Below are positions 13,613 through 21,367 of a stretch of 35,856 nt of DNA, piece by piece. Both the position numbers and the translations under genes were made by a program. Where the stretch lies: IMG/VR virus record IMGVR_UViG_3300027518_000004. One strand, written 5' to 3'. Position 1 is the first letter of the stretch. The number at the start of each line of letters is the position of its first letter. This stretch comes from a virus. Below the pieces are notes generated by a model. That model was not told the DNA's origin, made no database searches, and was given only the letters and a program-made list of their open reading frames with translations.

Positions 13613-14794
13613 ATGTCACAACTACAGAAAATAAAAATAAAAGAACACGCTGGCTACTATTTCTCTTACGACCCAGAAGATCCATTCGTTCCAGTAACCG
13701 TTAATAGTAACTGGCGAAAGACTGGCAAAACACCGGCAGTTATTGACGAAACTTATAGTCGCCCTCTAAAATCCGCCGACGATAGAGATCGCCTGTACGT
13801 GACAATTGCAACCATGGGTAAAAAAGAAAGACTATATCTTGATACCCTGGTTGCATCCTATTTAATTTCTAATCCCCATAATCACCAAAGGGTAATCCAT
13901 AAAGACGGAAGCATTTATAATTGCCACCCGTCTAATCTAAAATGGGCGTCAAAGGAAGAATACACTGTTTTTGCTGCGAACATAAATCGGGCAAAGGGTC
14001 GGATTAAAAGATTCCTTGCCACTTATACGGACGAAACCACAGAAGTTGTAACTGGCTTTCTTGATTTCCTTAAAAAGAAAAATATCCCAGAGCACATTTT
14101 ATATCAACTCCGTAAAGGAGAAATCAGTGAATATAATGGTCTGATTTCTTTTGAAGAAATTGATCGAGAAATTAAAGGAAAAAGTAGAGGGGTTCTCGAA
14201 AAGAAATTTGATCTAACGGGTTTTGATATTGTAGAACTAGATGATTGGCCTGGTTATTACGTTGTCTATAAAAAAGACGATGCTAATACCCATGTAAGAA
14301 TCTTCAGTAAGTGGAAAAAAGAAAAAGAGGGAATGTTTTTATGCGAAAATTTTGTAAGAGAAACTATCCAACACATTCATGTCACTGGTTACCCTCAGGT
14401 TAATATGAAACTCCCAGGTGAGAAGAAAATTGTCCAAAAGCTACATCGTCTAGTTGCAAAGCAATTGGTCGAAAATCCCGATCCAGAAAATTTTGATACT
14501 GTGGATCATATTAATAATGATAAGACAAATAGTCATCCGTCTAATTTACAATGGATCACCCTTTCTGGAAACACTAAAAAAGCAGTAGAGGATGGTTTGT
14601 TTAAATGTAACGATTATGAAATAACTTTTAGTGACGGGCGGGTTGAGACAATTTCTAATTTAAGAAAGTTTTGTAATGAAAGGAATTATAATTCCGCTGG
14701 CTGTTATAATGTAATAAACAACAAACAACCGGCTCATAAAGACATCATAAAAATAACAAAATCTAAATATGATAAATGTCCTTTACAAAAATAG
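13613..14794 (+). CDS. Free-standing HNH homing endonuclease with a tandem-duplicated HNH module
   Basis: HRLVAKQ...VDHINNDKTNSHPSNLQW plus a degenerate first copy LDTLVASY...VIHKDGSIYNCHPSNLKW. Confidence 0.85.
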   Translation: MSQLQKIKIKEHAGYYFSYDPEDPFVPVTVNSNWRKTGKTPAVIDETYSRPLKSADDRDRLYVTIATMGKKERLYLDTLVASYLISNPHNHQRVIHKDGSIYNCHPSNLKWASKEEYTVFAANINRAKGRIKRFLATYTDETTEVVTGFLDFLKKKNIPEHILYQLRKGEISEYNGLISFEEIDREIKGKSRGVLEKKFDLTGFDIVELDDWPGYYVVYKKDDANTHVRIFSKWKKEKEGMFLCENFVRETIQHIHVTGYPQVNMKLPGEKKIVQKLHRLVAKQLVENPDPENFDTVDHINNDKTNSHPSNLQWITLSGNTKKAVEDGLFKCNDYEITFSDGRVETISNLRKFCNERNYNSAGCYNVINNKQPAHKDIIKITKSKYDKCPLQK

Positions 14795-14900
14795 AATAAT
14801 TTTTAATAATGTGCCGGATGAAGAAATCAATAAGATTCTTCTTGAACTGGCACTTAATGAAAACATTGATGAAAACGAAATTGAAATTGAGGAGGTCTAA
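14769..14900 (+). CDS. Small acidic protein (43 aa, MINVLYKNRII...EIEIEEV)
   Basis: Manual translation; overlaps the HNH 3' end; its last codons supply the GGAGG RBS for the next gene. Confidence 0.65.
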   Translation: MINVLYKNRIIFNNVPDEEINKILLELALNENIDENEIEIEEV

Positions 14901-14903
14901 ACA

Positions 14904-15038
14904 ATGAAAAATAAAAATTCACAAGAAATCAAACCGGTAGAGAAAAAAAGTCGGCAGGGTAATGGAAGAAACACCAAATATGCAGCATCATCAAGAAATG
15001 GGGCCAAGAAAGCCTACAGAGGACAAGGTAAAGGCTGA
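14904..15038 (+). CDS. Small basic protein (44 aa, ...SRQGNG...KKAYRGQGKG)
   Basis: Manual translation; GGAGG RBS; C-terminal YRGQG motif of a conserved cyanomyophage family. Confidence 0.75.
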   Translation: MKNKNSQEIKPVEKKSRQGNGRNTKYAASSRNGAKKAYRGQGKG

Positions 15039-15450
15039 TATTCAAAATTGGATTAAGGAAGTCTCCGTGGTTCGCCCAGAACTCGGGGGCTTTTCCATAT
15101 GTCCTTTTGCCAATAAGGCCAAATATGAAATTTTAGAAATAGATATTGATCGAATTTATCCAATAGATGGTTGTGATGTTGTAATATACGTTTTAGAAGA
15201 AGATGATTTAGAAACAATCAATTGGTGGGTAGATTTTTATAATAACAAATATAAAGATTGGCTATTCTTTGAAGACTGTGCGACTTATGATACCTTTATT
15301 GGTGGGGTGCAAACTAATAACGGGAAGTATAATTTAATTTTGGGTCAGCCAAAAGAAAAATTACATAAATTTAGAAACATATTAAAAAAGACCGAATATT
15401 ATTCTTATTGGTCAGACGATTATTATAAAGAAATTGTTGGGGATAAATAG
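14962..15450 (+). CDS. Hypothetical protein with ELGGFSICPFA motif (true start possibly 14998)
   Basis: ORF track; 5' part overlaps 14904-15038 in another frame. Confidence 0.75.
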   Translation: MEETPNMQHHQEMGPRKPTEDKVKADIQNWIKEVSVVRPELGGFSICPFANKAKYEILEIDIDRIYPIDGCDVVIYVLEEDDLETINWWVDFYNNKYKDWLFFEDCATYDTFIGGVQTNNGKYNLILGQPKEKLHKFRNILKKTEYYSYWSDDYYKEIVGDK

Positions 15451-15468
15451 TTTTTTATACCTAAAGAC

Positions 15469-16059
15469 ATGGACGTTATAAGATATCTTATTGAAAATAG
15501 TTTCGCCCCGGATGAAAAATCGGCATTTTATATTCTAGAGGCCATGAGTGACGAATGGCTCGATATCATTTTAGAAGCAAACAAGGTAGACGAATATAGG
15601 GCAAAAAGATTTAAACAATCAGAAAAAGAATTACCTGGATATAGTTCAACAAAAGATATTGCAAGATCAAAATCAAACAGAAGAAACTATGCATTCTTAG
15701 ACAGGGACACTCATCCTGAAGTCGAGCCAAGACCCCGCCGTACTTACAGGGGGCAAATAGATACTAGTAATCTACGACCTCAACGACAATACGCCCATAG
15801 AGGAGAAAGAAATATAAGAAAACCACGACCAGGAACCTCACCTGAAGAAAGACGGTGGGCACAACTTTCCCCCGAACAGGGAAAATATGAGAAAATGCAA
15901 AGGCGTAAAAGAGAAGGGGTTGCTCCAACACCTCCTGATGAACCTAGTATCGAATCAAGAAAACAAGCATTACTTAAGCGCGGCGAAAGAAGGAGATCAT
16001 TACGTACTCAGGCTATCAATTCAATAAGAAGAGCCATTGGAAGTGGATTTGCATCTTAA
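15469..16059 (+). CDS. Probable capsid-internal protein: acidic leader ending ILE-A, then an Arg-rich body
   Basis: YLIENSFA..A..ILEAMSDEWLDIILE motif shared with 18150..18767; late promoter GATAAATA at 15442. Confidence 0.65.
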   Translation: MDVIRYLIENSFAPDEKSAFYILEAMSDEWLDIILEANKVDEYRAKRFKQSEKELPGYSSTKDIARSKSNRRNYAFLDRDTHPEVEPRPRRTYRGQIDTSNLRPQRQYAHRGERNIRKPRPGTSPEERRWAQLSPEQGKYEKMQRRKREGVAPTPPDEPSIESRKQALLKRGERRRSLRTQAINSIRRAIGSGFAS

Positions 16060-16089
16060 ATGATGAACTATCTGGAATTTCCGGTTAGT

Positions 16090-16737
16090 TCATTGTGGTT
16101 TAGGTACTTTTAATGTCATTCTTCCAGTGATATTAGAAACTTTTGATAATCCAGGGTGGATTTTAGAATAAAGTCTGGCTCTAGACCTCACTCCGGCTTG
16201 GTCTGGGCCACCTCTTTGTGTTTGGCCTGGTCTGGCTACAATGGTTGCCCCTGGCTTTACCCCAGCTGCCTTGAGGACTTCTGGAGCATTTATTGCAGCA
16301 GCCTTTAAATTTTTAGTGCGCTGTTTGATATTTTCTGTGTCGCCATGATCTCTTTCTAAATTTGGAGTAAAATCTATGGTTGCCACTTGTCCCCGTGGGT
16401 TTCTTCTATTTCTGGTTATTTGTTTTAAAAGTTGTTTCGCCTTGAATGCTCTAGTAGCACTAGAATGAACTATTTTTTTATCTCCAACTAATTCTACTTT
16501 AGGTACACTTGTTGCTGCATAATGAGCCGGATTCTTATAAACTCTTACTTCAGTTGATACATCATCTGGATCTGAGGTTGAATGTGTGTATTCTTGTGTT
16601 CCACCTCTTATGCTGGCCCTGGTTCCTAATCTTCTTTGTAAAATCTTAGAAAGATTTCTCCCTCTTTCGGCTCTTTGTTCTTTCTTGTTTCTAGGGCCAT
16701 GTCTAGCCTCAATAATGAACTGTTTGTATGTTTTCAT
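16090..16737 (-). CDS. Probable capsid-internal protein with MKTYKQFIIE targeting peptide
   Basis: N-terminus resembles the T4 IP capsid-targeting sequence MKTYQEFIAE; late promoter CTAAATA at 16761-16767. Confidence 0.8.
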   Translation of the reverse strand: MKTYKQFIIEARHGPRNKKEQRAERGRNLSKILQRRLGTRASIRGGTQEYTHSTSDPDDVSTEVRVYKNPAHYAATSVPKVELVGDKKIVHSSATRAFKAKQLLKQITRNRRNPRGQVATIDFTPNLERDHGDTENIKQRTKNLKAAAINAPEVLKAAGVKPGATIVARPGQTQRGGPDQAGVRSRARLYSKIHPGLSKVSNITGRMTLKVPKPQ

Positions 16738-16802
16738 ATATTAATCGACTAGTTTTTTAGTATTTAGAAAATACTATGAATTTATAAATTGCTTATAAGT
16801 TT

Positions 16803-17342
16803 TTATAGGTTATTTATCGGTAAAAATCTATTTCCTATTTTTACACTATATTGCTTTGATTTTGTTGGGCCTCTTTTCCCAAAATCCGCTCTTTCGGCGG
16901 CTCTTGACCTAGTATTTTTATCAGGGTTTATTGGAGACGGATTTGATTGTGGTACGCTAGAAACAATATGGCCAGAAGGAATTCTAGGTTGAATTTCATT
17001 TTTATAAGTTCTCAATGCGGCCCTGGCCATTCCGAATCTTTGGGCCGGGGTTAATTCTTCTCTACTTTTAGAGTGTGACCAAGATATTTCATGGGTAGGT
17101 TTGTTTGAATGGATCGTGTTCTGTAAATCTGGATCGGTATATTTTGAGTACTTTGGATCACCATGCCCAATTTTAAAAGTGACCCCGGAAGTCTTGTCCG
17201 TTATTGAGGTCTGCATCCCACTTCTTTTTCTTTTTATTGAAAGGTTCGGGTTTTTACTATAATAGTCAAATCCCTGAGACGAATCATATCTTTCCCCCCT
17301 TCTTCTTGTACTTTCTATTATAAACTGTTTATAAGTTTTCAT
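16803..17342 (-). CDS. Probable capsid-internal protein with MKTYKQFIIE targeting peptide
   Basis: Same N-terminal peptide; ATGA overlap with the upstream gene. Confidence 0.8.
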   Translation of the reverse strand: MKTYKQFIIESTRRRGERYDSSQGFDYYSKNPNLSIKRKRSGMQTSITDKTSGVTFKIGHGDPKYSKYTDPDLQNTIHSNKPTHEISWSHSKSREELTPAQRFGMARAALRTYKNEIQPRIPSGHIVSSVPQSNPSPINPDKNTRSRAAERADFGKRGPTKSKQYSVKIGNRFLPINNL

Positions 17343-17797
17343 TTTCTTCTTGGTCTAATTTTATTCCTCGGTTTAAACCGACTATTTGGATTTTCTTTGA
17401 AATATTTCTTCTGAAAACCTTTACCAACTTTTGGGGCATCAATTACACCCTCTTTTTCTTTTGATATATGCTTTTTTGCATAATCAGGATCCATTACTGT
17501 TGAATAATGTTCTCTTCCCCAATCATCAATTCCTCTTTGTCCAGTTGTTTTTACTACCTTTGCTGGAGGAGCATCTTTGATATCTTTTTTTGGAACTCTA
17601 AATGATATAGTCGTTGGGTCTTCTCCATGTCTGCTTCCAAAAGATTTTGCGATGTCTCTTGATGTCGAGGCATGAACTTCTGAAGTATTAAATCCTTTTT
17701 TCTCTATTTTATCGGCTGCTGGGGTTCCATGATACATTCTTACATATTTCAATGTTTGAGGAGCCGCTTCTAGCATAAACTGCTTATAAGTTTTCAT
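17339..17797 (-). CDS. Probable capsid-internal protein, ADP-ribosyltransferase-like
   Basis: MKTYKQFMLE peptide; MYHGT..I.KKGF..VHAST...A..F pattern of H-type ART folds. Confidence 0.7.
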   Translation of the reverse strand: MKTYKQFMLEAAPQTLKYVRMYHGTPAADKIEKKGFNTSEVHASTSRDIAKSFGSRHGEDPTTISFRVPKKDIKDAPPAKVVKTTGQRGIDDWGREHYSTVMDPDYAKKHISKEKEGVIDAPKVGKGFQKKYFKENPNSRFKPRNKIRPRRK

Positions 17798-18144
17798 CGT
17801 GGAGTTCTTATATATGGGCCATCTAATTCATCAACTGGTTTATATCCTAATCGTCTGTAAAATCTTCGCAGATCCCTTTCCTTTCCGGGTTCTGGTGATT
17901 GAGTTAGTCTGACTGATTTTCCATGTCTATCAGCAAATTTATGTAAGGTATTCATTGATGTAGTTCCAGTTCCTTCACCCTTATTCTTAGCGTATAAGTT
18001 GTGTACTACCACCCCGCTGGGTGTTGTTGATACTTTAAAAATTAAATTCCCTTTATGCTTTCTCTCTAAATTTTTGGCTATTGTTTCGGCCGCATCAGAT
18101 TTTGGGGGTCTAGCTTCAAGAATAAATTGCTTATAAGTTTTCAT
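17794..18144 (-). CDS. Probable capsid-internal protein, GNAT acetyltransferase-like
   Basis: MKTYKQFILE peptide; KGEGTGT (motif A) and LRRFYRRLGY (motif B). Confidence 0.75.
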   Translation of the reverse strand: MKTYKQFILEARPPKSDAAETIAKNLERKHKGNLIFKVSTTPSGVVVHNLYAKNKGEGTGTTSMNTLHKFADRHGKSVRLTQSPEPGKERDLRRFYRRLGYKPVDELDGPYIRTPR

Positions 18145-18149
18145 AAAAA

Positions 18150-18767
18150 TTAATCAAACCTAGAATGCATCAGTCGTTCTGCTTCGGCTGTTCTTCTTCT
18201 TATATCAGTAATAATTTGTTCTGGAGATCTTCTTTCCGAACCATATTCACCGGCCTTTGGTGGTTTTTGCCCTGGAACCTTTTTAACCCCTCTTGGTTGA
18301 ACTCCTGCCCTACCAGACCCCATTTTCTTTGCTACAAGTTCAAATGCAAGATTTCTTGGTTTACGGGGAATTCCTTTTTCGGCTCGCCTTCTTTCCATAA
18401 GAACATTCTTTACCCATTCCTCACTCATAGCCTCTAAAATACCGGCAGCCGAATCGTAATCATCAACATAACCTTCGTAAACTAGAATATCAAGAATATA
18501 TTCTAGTTCCTCTTTTCTTAGTTTAACTTCTTGATCTTCTCTTCTTTGGGTGTCAGTAACTGCCTTGGCCCTACGGCGTAATTTTAAGGCTGCTGGTGGC
18601 CGCTCACCCCACTGTTCTGGCGGGGAATCTCTCCAATCATCATGCTTACCAATATCTCTTTCTCTTGATTTTGGCTTTACGCTTGGTTTAGGGCCGCTTC
18701 TTTCGGGGTTGAATCTAAATTCACTTTCTTCGTAAATCCCTAAATAAGCCTCTAAAAGTTCATCCAT
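18150..18767 (-). CDS. Probable capsid-internal/head protein with EGY..A..ILEAMSEEW motif
   Basis: ORF track; perfect late promoter upstream; alternating acidic and basic segments with L/I-x-E sites. Confidence 0.7.
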   Translation of the reverse strand: MDELLEAYLGIYEESEFRFNPERSGPKPSVKPKSRERDIGKHDDWRDSPPEQWGERPPAALKLRRRAKAVTDTQRREDQEVKLRKEELEYILDILVYEGYVDDYDSAAGILEAMSEEWVKNVLMERRRAEKGIPRKPRNLAFELVAKKMGSGRAGVQPRGVKKVPGQKPPKAGEYGSERRSPEQIITDIRRRTAEAERLMHSRFD

Positions 18768-18791
18768 TTTTTTTTTGTTTTTACATAAAAG

Positions 18792-18799
18792 TATTTATA
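18792..18799 (-). promoter_or_regulatory. T4-type late promoter TATAAATA, divergent from CTAAATA at 18807-18813 (+)
   Basis: tatttata on the + strand. Confidence 0.75.
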
Positions 18800-18874
18800 T
18801 ATTAAACTAAATAACACTGGTGATTCAGAAACCACCTAAAAAGTTTCTCCTACCCTAAAATAAGGAGAATAAAA

Positions 18875-19069
18875 ATGACTGACCGAGACGTAAATTACAT
18901 GAGAGAAATGTGGGGAACCACTCAACTGGTAACCGACTATAAGCCCGAAAAGAAAAAACTTCTAAGAGAAGTTACTGATGAAAAATTTAAAAAAGAACAA
19001 GAACCAGTAGAAAATGAACTATTTGACTCTTGGGACTACGGACTAGAATCACTAACACCAATCAATTAA
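18875..19069 (+). CDS. Conserved cyanomyophage hypothetical protein (MWGT..L.TDY)
   Basis: ORF track; AAGGAG RBS; lies immediately upstream of gp25. Confidence 0.8.
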   Translation: MTDRDVNYMREMWGTTQLVTDYKPEKKKLLREVTDEKFKKEQEPVENELFDSWDYGLESLTPIN

Positions 19070-19076
19070 TAAAAAT

Positions 19077-19469
19077 ATGACAATAAGGATCAGCAACCAG
19101 TTTAAGGATATAAGTGGTACTTTTAAAATCAATCCGCTAAACAGCGATGCGATTGCCATAAAGAATGAAACTGCTATTGCCAGATCTATTCGTAATTTAA
19201 TTTTTACTTTGACCGGAGAGGTTCCATATTCTACAATCGGAAGTTCTGTTAATAGGCTACTTTTTGAGAATATGGACGCCTTTACCGCAACTGCTCTTGA
19301 AACTGAAATAAGAGGAGTTTTAACAAATGAACCCAGAATAAATGTAATAAGTGTCAATATAATTTCTAATTATGATGATAATGAATTTAACGTATCTCTT
19401 GTTTATGAAATTATAGGTATTGACGTACCCCCACAACAATTAAACATAGCCCTAGTATCAGCAAGATAA
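19077..19469 (+). CDS. gp25: Baseplate wedge subunit gp25
   Basis: AIARSIRNLIFT..GE.P...GS...LLFE, EPRI motifs; synteny with gp6. Confidence 0.93.
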   Translation: MTIRISNQFKDISGTFKINPLNSDAIAIKNETAIARSIRNLIFTLTGEVPYSTIGSSVNRLLFENMDAFTATALETEIRGVLTNEPRINVISVNIISNYDDNEFNVSLVYEIIGIDVPPQQLNIALVSAR

Positions 19470-21367
19470 TGTCTCTTACTCAGTTTACTAATCTAGATTT
19501 CGATCAAATTAAAACTTCCATAAGAGATTATCTCAGGGCGAATTCAGATTTTACTGATTATGATTTTGAGGGCTCAAACTTTACAATCCTCATTAACACT
19601 CTTGCTTATAATACTTACATAAACTCTTATAATGCAAGTGCAATTGCAAACGAAGTCTTTCTTGACAGTGCAACCTTAAGAGAGAATGTCGTTTCCAGAG
19701 CCAAAGAAATTGGTTATCTTCCACGATCAAAAACATCTGCTAGGGCAAATATTACTTTTTTTGTAAATACTAATAATTTATCAACTAATCCTTTAACCTT
19801 AACTTTAAAGAAAGGAACAGTATCAGTAACAACAAATCGTTTTAATTCAAAAAACTATGTTTTTTCAATTTTAGACGATATAACAGTGCCTGTTGTTGAC
19901 GGTTTAGGTATTTTTGATAATATTACTGTTTATGAAGGCAATTATATTCTAGAAAATTTTACTTATTCAAAAAATAAACGAATTATTTTAAGTAATAGTG
20001 GAATTGATACGTCATTAATTTCAGTTGTAGTCAAAAGTAGTCAAAATTCCAATTTTTCACAAAAATATACACTTAGTAGAGACATTTTTGAAGTAAAAAG
20101 TGACTCAAAAGTGTTCTTTCTACAAGAAATTGAAGATGAATACTACGAAATTTTCTTTGGGGATGATGTTTTTGGTAAAAAATTAGAAGATGGCAACTAT
20201 ATTGAGGTTACTTATATCACAAATTCAGGTGAAGAGGCTAACGGATCCGATAGTTTTTCATTTTCAGGAAGAATTTTTGATAATAATGGTGGATTAGTTA
20301 CAAGTGACTTATCTTTAGTCACCGTAAACAGCCCAGCATTTGGTGGGAAATCGATAGAATCCATCGAATCAATAAAACGTTATGCTCCGAGACTATATTC
20401 TGCTCAAAATAGGGCCGTTACATCAACAGATTATGAAACTATTGTTGCTCAAATTTACCCTGAAGTTGAATCGATTTCCGCTTTTGGTGGAGAAAATCTC
20501 AACCCTCCTCAATTTGGCAAGGTTTTTATTAGTATAAAGCCAGTAAATGGTGAATTTTTATCCAACAATGTTAAAAATAACATAAAAAACGCCTTAAGAA
20601 AATATGCTGTTGCTGGAATTGTCCCAGAAATCATTGATCTTAAGTACTTATATGTAGAATTTGATACAACTGCTTACTATAATCCTAATTTTACTGTTTC
20701 TCCAGAAGCCTTGAGGTCTAATCTTATTGACATTGTTAATATATACGCCAAATCTAATGACATGAATCGTTATGGCGCCAGATTTAAATATAGTAAATTT
20801 TTAAATCTTATTGATAATTCTTCCGAGGCTATTACTTCAAACATAACAAAAATTTCAATCCGCCGTAATTTAAAAGCAGCGATTAATACATTTGCTACTT
20901 ATGAGATTTGCTTTGGAAATTCATTTTATGTCAAAAATAATAACCGTAACAACATAAAATCAAGTGGTTTTTATGTTTCTGGTATTAATTCTTTAGTATA
21001 TTTATCTGATAATCCCATATCTAATAAAAGAGGTAGAATATTCTTATTTACAACTGACGATGGCACTACAGTTAATGTTGTAAGACGAAACGTAGGAGAG
21101 ATAAATTATGAAACAGGAGAGATTAATTTATACCCTATAAATATTAGAGATACTGTTAAAAAATTTGGATTTGATAACATTATAGAAATATCGGCTATAC
21201 CAAAATCAAACGATGTTATTGGCCTACAAGATCTGTATTTACAGCTAAACGTTCCTAATAGTACAGTAAATATGGTAACTGACAATATTTCTTCTGGTTC
21301 AGATATTACAGGATCTAATTATATTTCAACATCAAGTTATTCAGAAAATACAATTATTAGAAAATGA
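19469..21367 (+). CDS. gp6: Baseplate wedge subunit gp6
   Basis: LDFDQIK, FTDYDFEGS, EVFLDSATLRENVVS, QNRAVT..DYE, GKVFISIKP. Confidence 0.95.
   Translation: MSLTQFTNLDFDQIKTSIRDYLRANSDFTDYDFEGSNFTILINTLAYNTYINSYNASAIANEVFLDSATLRENVVSRAKEIGYLPRSKTSARANITFFVNTNNLSTNPLTLTLKKGTVSVTTNRFNSKNYVFSILDDITVPVVDGLGIFDNITVYEGNYILENFTYSKNKRIILSNSGIDTSLISVVVKSSQNSNFSQKYTLSRDIFEVKSDSKVFFLQEIEDEYYEIFFGDDVFGKKLEDGNYIEVTYITNSGEEANGSDSFSFSGRIFDNNGGLVTSDLSLVTVNSPAFGGKSIESIESIKRYAPRLYSAQNRAVTSTDYETIVAQIYPEVESISAFGGENLNPPQFGKVFISIKPVNGEFLSNNVKNNIKNALRKYAVAGIVPEIIDLKYLYVEFDTTAYYNPNFTVSPEALRSNLIDIVNIYAKSNDMNRYGARFKYSKFLNLIDNSSEAITSNITKISIRRNLKAAINTFATYEICFGNSFYVKNNNRNNIKSSGFYVSGINSLVYLSDNPISNKRGRIFLFTTDDGTTVNVVRRNVGEINYETGEINLYPINIRDTVKKFGFDNIIEISAIPKSNDVIGLQDLYLQLNVPNSTVNMVTDNISSGSDITGSNYISTSSYSENTIIRK

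Noticed and set aside
13545-14794. Group I intron or intein hosting the HNH endonuclease
   Set aside because: The upstream gene ends at its normal C-terminus with a stop codon, no intron core elements are evident, and the HNH has its own start.
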